64,000 nucleotides of DNA from an uncultured Alphaproteobacteria bacterium (GTDB lineage: Bacteria; Pseudomonadota; Alphaproteobacteria; Rhizobiales; Hyphomicrobiaceae). Below, piece by piece: positions 29,467 to 37,830 of the stretch. The number at the start of each line of letters is the position of its first letter. The stretch's first letter is position 1. Made by a program: the position numbers and the translations under genes. The notes beneath the pieces are model-generated. The model ran no database searches. It was given only the letters and a program-made list of their open reading frames with translations, and had not been told where the DNA came from. Where the stretch lies: NCBI GenBank assembly GCA_963699485.1, contig CAVOUC010000018.1, positions 11,056 to 75,055 on the forward strand, in the 5' to 3' direction.

Positions 29467-30684
29467 ATGGCCAAGATTGTATGTGTGCTCTACGACGATC
29501 CGGTCGACGGATATCCCAAGTCCTACGCCCGCGATGACATTCCGAAAATCACCAAATATCCCGACGGACAGACGGCGCCGACGCCGAGCGCCATCGACTT
29601 CAAGCCGGGGCAGCTGCTCGGCAGCGTTTCCGGTGAGCTGGGTTTGCGCAAGTTCCTCGAGAAGGCCGGCCACACGCTGGTCGTGACGTCCAGCAAGGAC
29701 GGCAAGGATTCGGTTCTCGACAAGGAGCTTCCCGACGCCGAGGTCGTCATCTCGCAGCCGTTCTGGCCCGCTTACATGACCAGGGAGCGGATCGAAAAGG
29801 CGAAGAAGCTCAAGCTGATCATCACTGCCGGCATCGGCTCGGACCATACCGATCTGCAAGCCGCGATGGACAAGGGCATCACGGTCGCCGAGGTGACCTA
29901 CTGCAACTCGATCAGCGTCTCCGAGCACATCGTCATGATGATCCTTGCGCTCGTGCGCAACTACATCCCGTCCTACGGATGGGTTGTCAGAGGCGGCTGG
30001 AACATCGCCGATTGCGTCGAGCGCTCCTATGATCTCGAAGGCATGAATGTCGGCACGGTCGCCGCCGGCCGCATCGGCCTTGCCGCACTCAGGCGTCTAA
30101 AGCCCTTTGACGTGAAGCTTCACTATTACGACAAGCATCGCCTGCCGAAGGAGGTGGAGAAGGAGCTCGATCTCACCTTCCATCCGAACGTCGAGTCGCT
30201 GGTCAAGGTCTGCGACGTGGTGACCATCAACACGCCGCTCCATCCCGAGACCGAGCACATGTTCAACGACAAGCTGATCGGCATGATGAAACGAGGAAGC
30301 TACATCGTGAACACGGCGCGCGGAAAGATTTGCGACCGGGACGCCATCGTACGCGCGCTCGAAAGCGGACAGCTCGCGGGCTATGCCGGCGACGTCTGGT
30401 TCCCGCAGCCGGCACCGAAGGATCATCCGTGGAGGACGATGCCGCACCATGGCATGACGCCGCACATCTCCGGCAGCTCGCTCTCGGCGCAGGCGCGCTA
30501 CGCGGCGGGCATGCGGGAGATCCTCGAGTGCCACTTCGCCGGCAAGCCGATCCGCACCGAGTATCTCGTCGTGGACAAGGGCAAGCTCGCGGGCGCGGGT
30601 GCGCATTCCTACACCGCCGGCGACGCGACGAAGGGGTCCGAGGAAGCGCAGCAATTCGGCGCCCAGACGCGCAAAGCCTCGTAG
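29467..30684 (+). CDS. fdh: Metal-independent NAD-dependent formate dehydrogenase
   Basis: MAKIVCVLYDDPVDGYP, ISQPFWPAY, TAGIGSDH, AAGRIG, YYDKHR, TPHISG; Pseudomonas sp. 101-type FDH; GAGGA RBS. Confidence 0.96.
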   Translation: MAKIVCVLYDDPVDGYPKSYARDDIPKITKYPDGQTAPTPSAIDFKPGQLLGSVSGELGLRKFLEKAGHTLVVTSSKDGKDSVLDKELPDAEVVISQPFWPAYMTRERIEKAKKLKLIITAGIGSDHTDLQAAMDKGITVAEVTYCNSISVSEHIVMMILALVRNYIPSYGWVVRGGWNIADCVERSYDLEGMNVGTVAAGRIGLAALRRLKPFDVKLHYYDKHRLPKEVEKELDLTFHPNVESLVKVCDVVTINTPLHPETEHMFNDKLIGMMKRGSYIVNTARGKICDRDAIVRALESGQLAGYAGDVWFPQPAPKDHPWRTMPHHGMTPHISGSSLSAQARYAAGMREILECHFAGKPIRTEYLVVDKGKLAGAGAHSYTAGDATKGSEEAQQFGAQTRKAS

Positions 30685-30753
30685 GTACTGATTTCCGAGG
30701 GCCTTGGGCGGAAAGGGAATTTTGAACTTTCCGCCATTGCCTATATTGATTCG

Positions 30754-30910
30754 GTGCTGCGGGGTTCGTCAGGAACACATGAATCTCCAGGGCCTATAAG
30801 ATCTGCCTGGGAGCTGTCCCTGGCTGGGGCCGTGGCCCCGGACATATGGCGCCCACCTTACATTTGTAGGGACCCGGCGAGATCAACCGTTCCAACGGCC
30901 ACCGCGGCAC
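30754..30910 (+). ncRNA. ssrS: 6S RNA
   Basis: About 157 nt; terminal stem GTGCTGCGG/CCGCGGCAC; internal GGGAGCTGTCCCTG and GGCGCCCACC motifs; located immediately before ygfA. Confidence 0.85.
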
Positions 30911-30962
30911 TTCTCTTCGCCCGCCGGCTGCGGGCAATGCCCCTATTCGACAGCTCGAGGTC

Positions 30963-31577
30963 ATGGCGCCGGACTCCGTCACCGAGGCCAAGAAGGCCAT
31001 GCGCGCAGCCGCCAAGGCCGCCCGGTCTCAGACCTTCGCGCGCGACGGCGGGAGTGCCGGCCAAGCGATCGCGGTTCATGGCATCGCTTTTGCGGGCATC
31101 GCGCCGCCGGCCATGGTCTCGGGATTCCTGCCGATCGGCGAGGAGATCGACCCGATGCCGCTGCTGTTGCGGCTTCAAGGCGAAGGCTTCGGACTGTGCC
31201 TGCCGGTGATGGAGGGCAAGGGCACGCCGCTCGTATTCCGCGCCTGGGCGCCGGGCGATGCGCTGCAAGCGACGACCTGGGGCATTCGCGAGCCTCGAGC
31301 GTCAGCGCCACTTGCCGAGCCGGACGTCGTGCTCGGGCCGCTCCTGGCCTTCGACCGCGCCGGCTACCGCCTCGGCTATGGCGGCGGCTTCTACGACCGC
31401 ACGCTCGCGCGGCTCCGGGGATTGAAGCCCATCGTCTCGATCGGGCTTGCCTACGACGAGCAACAGGTCGACGCGGTGCCCCATCTCGACTATGACCAGC
31501 GCCTCGACTGGGTGCTGACGCCGTCGGGCCCAAAGAAGTGCAACATCCCCTCTCCCCGCGTGCGGGGAGAGGGTTAG
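30963..31577 (+). CDS. ygfA: 5-formyltetrahydrofolate cyclo-ligase
   Basis: GFLPIGEEID, PLLAFDRAGYRLGYGGGFYDRTL. Confidence 0.95.
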   Translation: MAPDSVTEAKKAMRAAAKAARSQTFARDGGSAGQAIAVHGIAFAGIAPPAMVSGFLPIGEEIDPMPLLLRLQGEGFGLCLPVMEGKGTPLVFRAWAPGDALQATTWGIREPRASAPLAEPDVVLGPLLAFDRAGYRLGYGGGFYDRTLARLRGLKPIVSIGLAYDEQQVDAVPHLDYDQRLDWVLTPSGPKKCNIPSPRVRGEG

Positions 31578-31663
31578 GGTGAGGGGCAGCCGCTCGCGCT
31601 GGAGCCAGTTTCTGCCCCTCACCTCGACCCTCTCCCCATCGCGTAGGGGCGATGGGGAGAGGG
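31548..31663. repeat. Palindromic REP/RIME-like element, copy 2 (overlaps the ygfA 3' end)
   Basis: Same architecture as 17172..17284; supplies the ygfA stop codon. Confidence 0.9.
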
Positions 31664-31670
31664 AGATCAA

Positions 31671-32495
31671 GTGCGACTTCTCTTCCTGGGTGATGTGGTC
31701 GGCCGATCGGGCCGCAATGCCGTGGCCGCCACGCTGCCGGGCCTGCGCGAGCGCATGAAGCTCGACTTCGTCGTCGTCAACGGCGAGAACGCGGCCGGCG
31801 GCTTCGGCATCACCGAGCCGATCCTGCTCGACCTCCTCGACTCTGGCGCCGATGTGGTGACGCTCGGCAACCACGCCTTCGACCAGAAGGAGGCCCTCGT
31901 CTTCATCGAGCGCCACGAGCGGCTCTTGAGGCCCATCAACTTTCCCCCGGGCACGCCGGGCCGCGGCGCCGGACTCTACAAGGCGCGGAACGGCGCCGAC
32001 GTGCTCGTCCTCAATGCCATGGGCCGCGTGTTCATGGCCGAGCTCGACTGCCCGTTCCGTGCCGTCGATCGCGAGCTCACCGCCTGCGGATTGAAGCGCG
32101 GCGCCGACGCAATCGTCATCGATTTCCACGCCGAGGCGACGAGCGAGAAGCAGGCGCTCGGCCACTTCGCCGACGGGCGCGCGAGCCTCGTCATCGGCAC
32201 TCACACCCACGCCCCCACCGCCGACGAGCGCGTGCTGCCGGGCGGCACCGCCTTCATGACGGACGTTGGCATGTGCGGCGACTACAACTCCGTCGTCGGC
32301 ATGGACCGCGAGGAGCCGCTGAACCGGTTTCTGACCAAGATCCCTCGCGAGAGGTTCGAGCCAGCGCTCGGCCCGGCGACGATCTCGGGGCTCGCCGTCG
32401 AGGTCAGCGACGAAACGGGGCTTGCGGTTGGCGTGAAAAGTTTGCGGCTCGGTGGCGTACTGGAGCCTACCGAGCCGCTGCTTTGGGTCGATTGA
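31671..32495 (+). CDS. ymdB: YmdB/TIGR00282 metallophosphoesterase
   Basis: LFLGDVVG, VNGENAAGG, TLGNH, DFHAEATSEK, GTHTH. Confidence 0.93.
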   Translation: MRLLFLGDVVGRSGRNAVAATLPGLRERMKLDFVVVNGENAAGGFGITEPILLDLLDSGADVVTLGNHAFDQKEALVFIERHERLLRPINFPPGTPGRGAGLYKARNGADVLVLNAMGRVFMAELDCPFRAVDRELTACGLKRGADAIVIDFHAEATSEKQALGHFADGRASLVIGTHTHAPTADERVLPGGTAFMTDVGMCGDYNSVVGMDREEPLNRFLTKIPRERFEPALGPATISGLAVEVSDETGLAVGVKSLRLGGVLEPTEPLLWVD

Positions 32496-32652
32496 GAGAT
32501 TTTATGGCAGTTCGATGAGGAGGGGGCAGGTCCTCCTTCATCGCTCGTCGCAGGCCATATACGCGCTGGCCTACCCTGGGCCGCCCCCTGGGCAGGTTGG
32601 GCGGCGGCGGACTCTAGAATCATGTCCGCAGGCCCACCCTCGACCTCAATGG

Positions 32653-32668
32653 TTAACAAAAGGTTAAC
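32653..32668. promoter_or_regulatory. CtrA-binding consensus site
   Basis: TTAA-CAAAAGG-TTAAC is a perfect TTAA-N7-TTAAC, about 90 bp upstream of yebC. Confidence 0.6.
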
Positions 32669-32758
32669 GGGGCGGTAGGCTCGGCCTTGACCGGGGCGCT
32701 GCCCTCCTCCCATAACGCGCCACTCAACCGCCCCGTACTGCGCAGGCTTCGACGTCCC

Positions 32759-33508
32759 ATGGCCGGCCATTCAGCATTCAAGAACATCATGCACAAGAAG
32801 GGCCGCAAGGACGCGGCCCGGGCCAAGCTGTTCGCCAAGCTCGCGCGCGAGATCACCGTGGCAGCGAAGAGCGGCCTGCCCGACCCCGACAAGAACCCGC
32901 GCTTGAGGCTCGCCGTGCACGAGGCGCGGGTCGAGAACATGCCCAAGGACAACATCGAGCGGGCGATCAAGAAGGCCATCGGCGGCGACACCGAGGCCTA
33001 CGAGGCGATCCGCTACGAGGGCTACGCGCCGGGCGGTGTGGCCGTCATCGCCGAGGCGCTGACCGACAACCGGAACCGCACCGGGGGCGCTGTGCGCGCC
33101 GTCTTCACGAAATACGGCGGCAATCTCGGCGCGACAGGCTCCGTCGCCCATATGTTCGCACACGTGGGCGAGATCACCTTCAAGCGTGAAGCGGGCACGC
33201 CGGACGCCGTCCTCGAGGCGGCGATCGACGCCGGGGCCGACGATGCCACGTCCGACGAGGCCGGACATGTCGTCACCTGCGCGTTCGACAGCTTGGGGAC
33301 GGTCGCGGCCGCCCTCGAGGACAAGCTCGGCGAGCCGGCGAGCGTGAAAGCCGTGTGGAAACCGACGGTCACCGCGAGCGTCGACGAGGAGAACGCGGAG
33401 ACGATCATGAAGCTCATCGCCGCGCTCGAGGACGACGACGACGTGCAGAACGTCTACGCCAACTTCGAGGTCTCCGACGAGGTGTTGCGCAAGCTGACGG
33501 CGGCGTGA
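32759..33508 (+). CDS. yebC: YebC/PmpR family protein
   Basis: [45 protein letters not shown]. Confidence 0.96.
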   Translation: MAGHSAFKNIMHKKGRKDAARAKLFAKLAREITVAAKSGLPDPDKNPRLRLAVHEARVENMPKDNIERAIKKAIGGDTEAYEAIRYEGYAPGGVAVIAEALTDNRNRTGGAVRAVFTKYGGNLGATGSVAHMFAHVGEITFKREAGTPDAVLEAAIDAGADDATSDEAGHVVTCAFDSLGTVAAALEDKLGEPASVKAVWKPTVTASVDEENAETIMKLIAALEDDDDVQNVYANFEVSDEVLRKLTAA

Positions 33509-33516
33509 AGTGCGGC

Positions 33517-34932
33517 TCAGCGCACCTCGATCAGCGAGCTCACGGTCTTGTCCTTGAGCGTGAACTCGATGCGCCGGTTGCGGGCACGATTCTCCGCCGT
33601 CGTGTTGGGTGCGATCGGCGCGGTGGCCCCGTGGCCGATCACCTCGAGGCGGCGCGCATCGATGCCCGACTTGATGAGCTCGTCCGCCACCGCGCGCGCA
33701 CGCTTCTCGGACAGCCGCTTGTTGGCCGCCGCCGATCCTGCGCCATCCGTGTGGCCGTGAATTTGGATGGTTGAGCCTGCACACGTCCCGGCGATCCGCG
33801 CCAGCTCGTCGATCGCGTGCATGCCCGCTGCATCGATCTCGGCCGCCGAGCTTGCGAATGCGACCGGCGCGAGACTGTCGACCAATCCACGGCATGCCCG
33901 GGCGCCGGGCGTCTCCGCCCCGGTCTCGACGCTGCCCGTCTCGATGGCCTCGCCTGGCGTCGGGCTCGCGACGAGCGCGACCGCGGTCGTCCCGAGCCGG
34001 CCACCGGCCGCGAGAGTTGCCCGCTGCAACTCGTGGGTCGACATCGCGAGCTCGATTTCTCTGTTGCGTGCCGCCGCGAATCCGGCGAGGCGGCGCGTCT
34101 CGACGGCCGCCGTCGCCGTCTCTATTTCAGAATTGCGCGCTGCCGCAAACGCGATCATCCGTTGATTCTCGACGGCCGCCATTGCTGTCTCTATTTCGGC
34201 GTTGCGCGCCGCGGCAAAGATACTCATGCGCTCGGTCTCGGTCGCGAGAGAAGCCGTCTCGATTTCCCGGTTGCGCAACTCGGCAAAGACCCGCATGCGC
34301 TCGGTCTCTGCTGCCAGGGACGCCGTTTCGATTTCCTCATTGCGAGCCTCGACGAAATATCGCGCCCGCGCCTCTGCCAGCTCGATGTTCCGCGCATGCG
34401 CGAAGCGTTGCATCCATTCCGCCTCGGAGGCGGCAACGACCATATCGATCTCCGCATTGCGCGCCGCGGCGAAGGCGACCAGCCGAGTTTGTTCGACGGC
34501 CGCCATCGAGTCGGCGATCTCGGCATTGCGAACCTCGGTGAAATACTTCGCCTGCGCCGCTGCCAGCTCGGTGTTCCGGGCCTCGGCAAATCGTACGAGC
34601 CAGGCCGCCTCGGACGCAGCAGCGACCCGATCGATCTCCGCATTGCGGGCGGCGGCGAACTCGGGTAGCCGTTCCTCCTCGACCGCCGCGATTGAAGCAG
34701 CGATCTCGGCGTTGCGGGCGGCGGCGAACTCGTTGCTGCGGCGGCGCTCGTAGGCCGCGAGCGAGAATTCGATCTCGGCATTGCGGAGCGCGACGAACTG
34801 CGCGTGCTCCTTCGCTTGCTCGGCGATTGCCGCATCGATCCTCGCGGAAAGGCGGCCATTTCCGTCTTCGCCCTGCGCCATGAGGACAAGCAGAGCGGCC
34901 GTGCCAAAGGCCACTGCAGGAATACGCATCAT
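33517..34932 (-). CDS. Exported protein: 12 FxxxRNxEI helical repeats plus C-terminal OmpA-like peptidoglycan-binding domain
   Basis: Signal-like N-terminus; repeats over aa 46-307; OmpA_C motifs IHGHTD, NKRLSEKRARAV, NRRIEF. Confidence 0.88.
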   Translation of the reverse strand: MMRIPAVAFGTAALLVLMAQGEDGNGRLSARIDAAIAEQAKEHAQFVALRNAEIEFSLAAYERRRSNEFAAARNAEIAASIAAVEEERLPEFAAARNAEIDRVAAASEAAWLVRFAEARNTELAAAQAKYFTEVRNAEIADSMAAVEQTRLVAFAAARNAEIDMVVAASEAEWMQRFAHARNIELAEARARYFVEARNEEIETASLAAETERMRVFAELRNREIETASLATETERMSIFAAARNAEIETAMAAVENQRMIAFAAARNSEIETATAAVETRRLAGFAAARNREIELAMSTHELQRATLAAGGRLGTTAVALVASPTPGEAIETGSVETGAETPGARACRGLVDSLAPVAFASSAAEIDAAGMHAIDELARIAGTCAGSTIQIHGHTDGAGSAAANKRLSEKRARAVADELIKSGIDARRLEVIGHGATAPIAPNTTAENRARNRRIEFTLKDKTVSSLIEVR

Positions 34933-35279
34933 GACTAGATCTCCGGGGTGCGCCGTATGGATAATATTTTGCCGCCGGGTTATTTAAACTTTGGTGCATT
35001 CTAAAAATCGCAAGGCAATGAAAGCGCAAATTTTTTCGATAACAAAATATCAAATAGAAGGCCGATTTGAGAAACTTGCCGGCCTGAGATCGGCATAAAC
35101 AACCCGGCGTCCAAAAATATTCGCTTACGCCGCGGCATCTGCCCGCAAAAAAGGCAGATATTGGGCGATGATTAGTCCCTTCTTTACCGTGATGCCGCGA
35201 GCCGCTCTCGATCCCTGCCCCAAGACGTCCGCGCCGAGGGAGCCCTGCGCGAATCGCCCGATTGTGGTATGTCCCGGTC

Positions 35280-35813
35280 ATGAGGGGGCCAGTTCGTATC
35301 ATCGGGATCGATCCCGGTCTGAGGCGCACCGGCTGGGGCGTCGTCGACAACGACGGCGCTCGCCTCGTCTACGTCGCCTCGGGCGTGATCGTCTCGACGG
35401 ACGAGGAAAGCCTCGCCTTTCGCCTGCGCGAGCTTTACGAGGGCTTGGCGAGTGTCATCGCGAGCTTTCGTCCCAACGAGGCCGCCGTCGAGGAGACGTT
35501 CGTCAACGACAACGCGCGCGCCACTTTGAAGCTTGGCCAGGCCCGCGGAATGGCGCTTCTCGCCCCCGCCATGTGCGGCCTCAAGGTTGCGGAATACCCG
35601 CCCAATCTCATAAAGAAATCGGTGACGGGAACGGGGCACGCCGAGAAGCGGCAGATTCTGGCGATGATCGGCTTTCTGCTGCCGAAGGCTCGCGTCGAAA
35701 GCGCGGATGAGGCCGACGCGCTCGCCATCGCCGTCTGCCATGCGAGCCACAGGCAGATGCGGACCATCGGGGTCATCGAGAGCGGGCAGCCGGCAATAGG
35801 CAATAGGCAATAG
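35280..35813 (+). CDS. ruvC: Holliday junction resolvase RuvC
   Basis: [41 protein letters not shown]. Confidence 0.96.
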   Translation: MRGPVRIIGIDPGLRRTGWGVVDNDGARLVYVASGVIVSTDEESLAFRLRELYEGLASVIASFRPNEAAVEETFVNDNARATLKLGQARGMALLAPAMCGLKVAEYPPNLIKKSVTGTGHAEKRQILAMIGFLLPKARVESADEADALAIAVCHASHRQMRTIGVIESGQPAIGNRQ

Positions 35814-35862
35814 GTTCGGTCACCTCTATCTATTCATTGCCTATTGCCTATTGCCCAATGCC
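35792..35862. repeat. Inverted heptamer-repeat hairpin, (GGCAATA)3 ... (TATTGCC)-like x4
   Basis: Read directly; contains the ruvC stop codon. Confidence 0.9.
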
Positions 35863-35877
35863 TTTCGGAGTTCCACC

Positions 35878-36492
35878 ATGATCGGCAAGCTCAGAGGCAA
35901 GGTCGATGCGATCGGCGAGAGCCACGCTATCATCGACGTCTCCGGCGTCGGCTACGAGGTGCAGCTCTCGGCGCGCACGCTGCGCAATCTGAAGCTCGGC
36001 GAGGACGTCGCGCTCACCATCGACACCCACGTGCGCGAGGATGCGATCCGCCTGTTCGGCTTCCAGAGCGAGGTCGAGCGCAACTGGTTCCGCGTTCTGC
36101 AGACGATCCAGGGCGTGGGTGCCAAGGTCGCGCTCGCCGTGCTCGGCACGCTCGGGTCGCAGGACCTCGCTAATGCCATCGCCCTTCAGGACTGGGCGGC
36201 GGTCGAGCAAGCCCCCGGCGTCGGCAAGAAGCTCGCCCAGCGCATCGTCTCCGAGCTCAAGGACAAGGCCCCGGCCCTATCCATCGCCGGCCTCGACGTG
36301 TCGCCTGCGGCCCTCAGTCGAGGGGCCCCGCCCGAGGGCAACGCAGCGGCCGAGGCGATCTCGGCCCTGACCAACCTCGGCTACAACCCCGGCCAGGCCG
36401 CTGCGGCAGTTGCAGCTGCGGTCAAGGAGGCGGGTCCCGACGCCGATACGGCCAAGCTCATCCGCCGCGGCTTGAAGGAGCTCGCGCGCTAG
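35878..36492 (+). CDS. ruvA: Holliday junction branch migration protein RuvA
   Basis: [46 protein letters not shown]. Confidence 0.97.
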   Translation: MIGKLRGKVDAIGESHAIIDVSGVGYEVQLSARTLRNLKLGEDVALTIDTHVREDAIRLFGFQSEVERNWFRVLQTIQGVGAKVALAVLGTLGSQDLANAIALQDWAAVEQAPGVGKKLAQRIVSELKDKAPALSIAGLDVSPAALSRGAPPEGNAAAEAISALTNLGYNPGQAAAAVAAAVKEAGPDADTAKLIRRGLKELAR

Positions 36493-36523
36493 TTTGCCTC
36501 TCGAAAGCGCTAACCGGTGCTGC

Positions 36524-37234
36524 TCACTGGCTCTCGAGCCAGTCCTCGAGGGGCTTGCAGATCGACGCATCGGCCTTCTTCAGGAGAAACGCCGTGTCGC
36601 CATCCCTCTTCGCGGTGCCTACCCGATACGTGCCACCCCCGCCGCAGCCGGCAGACATGCGCAGCCCCGACATTCCGTCGAAGCGCAGCAGGAGGTCGCC
36701 GGTTCCGGGCACGCGCTCGACCGCCATCTCGCCCCCGTCGCAGTCGATGCCGCAGTGGAGATAGCCCTCGTTGGCCTTCTGCGTCTCGGCGTTCCATTCT
36801 GCGCGGTCCTTGGCGTACCAGGGACACTCTCCGGCGCCGAAGAGCTTGGAGCTCCACTGGGCCGGCTCCGCGCGAAGCGTGAAATTGTAGATCCAGTCGT
36901 AGTCGGCAGCGCGGTCGTCGTAGTCGAGAAGCAGGGTGAGCGAGGAGATCTCCTGGCTCGGTAGCGTTTCCGGCTCCGGCCGCATCACCTGCTTTCCGAA
37001 TTGGATGAGGCCGGGGACGGGAACGTTCTTCGTGTGCGACCAATCCTCGATGTCAACCGCCTGTTTCGAGTAGGTGCCCGCGTAGCAGACCTTCTCGCCG
37101 AGCGCCTTCGGCAGCAGCGTCCCGATCATGGCGCCGGCGTCCGACGTCGCCGGCTCGGCGCGCGCGGCGACACAGAAGAGCGCGGCGAAGAAGAGTGCGC
37201 CATAGAGCAGGCGAGTTGGCTTCGATCGTTTCAT
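36524..37234 (-). CDS. Exported hypothetical protein with CGIDCDGG motif
   Basis: Signal peptide MKRSKPTRLLYGALFFAALFCVAARA; several Cys residues. Confidence 0.7.
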   Translation of the reverse strand: MKRSKPTRLLYGALFFAALFCVAARAEPATSDAGAMIGTLLPKALGEKVCYAGTYSKQAVDIEDWSHTKNVPVPGLIQFGKQVMRPEPETLPSQEISSLTLLLDYDDRAADYDWIYNFTLRAEPAQWSSKLFGAGECPWYAKDRAEWNAETQKANEGYLHCGIDCDGGEMAVERVPGTGDLLLRFDGMSGLRMSAGCGGGGTYRVGTAKRDGDTAFLLKKADASICKPLEDWLESQ

Positions 37235-37371
37235 GGCGTGCCTCGCTCGATTCCGAGTCACACCTAGCTCCCCCGATGACGCAGGCCTAGCGGCCGCAAG
37301 GGCATCCTTGCCGGCGCGTGCCGGCCGCTCTCGCAACTTTCCGTCTGTTGCGCCCCGGCTCCAAGAGCAAA

Positions 37372-37398
37372 CGGCCCCGCGACGAAGTCGCGGGGCCG
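37372..37398 (-). terminator. Rho-independent terminator after trxA
   Basis: CGGCCCCGCGAC-GAA-GTCGCGGGGCCG perfect 12-bp stem, followed by TTT on the minus strand. Confidence 0.75.
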
Positions 37399-37425
37399 GG
37401 GCTGTCACCGATCAATGAATGATCG

Positions 37426-37755
37426 TCAGGCGACGATCGAGCCGTTGACCCAGTCCTCGAGCTTCTTCTTCTGCACAAGCGCGCCGACGTGCTGGGCGGC
37501 GACCTGGCCGCCCTTGAACATCATCAGCGTCGGCATGGCGCGGATGCCGTACTTGGCGGTCACCGCCGGGTTCTGGTCGACGTCGAGCTTGACGACCTTG
37601 AGCTTGCCCTTCATCTCCGCCGCGACCTGATCGAGGGCCGGCGCCATCGCCTTGCAGGGGCCACACCACTCGGCGAAGAAGTCGACGAGCACCGGCTCGG
37701 CGGACTTCAGCACCTCCTGGTCGAACGTGGTGTCGGACACTTGCGGGGCGGCCAT
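37426..37755 (-). CDS. trxA: Thioredoxin
   Basis: FFAEWCGPCK. Confidence 0.98.
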   Translation of the reverse strand: MAAPQVSDTTFDQEVLKSAEPVLVDFFAEWCGPCKAMAPALDQVAAEMKGKLKVVKLDVDQNPAVTAKYGIRAMPTLMMFKGGQVAAQHVGALVQKKKLEDWVNGSIVA

Positions 37756-37830
37756 GCTTTTTCTCCTGTGACGGGCTGTCGAATCGCATGAGGGGTTCGA
37801 ATGCGGAGCTGAAAGGTAGGAATGGGACTC

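Noticed and set aside
30718-30747. Promoter for 6S RNA
   Set aside because: A TATATT -10 is plausible, but no -35 at a canonical spacing could be assigned with confidence.
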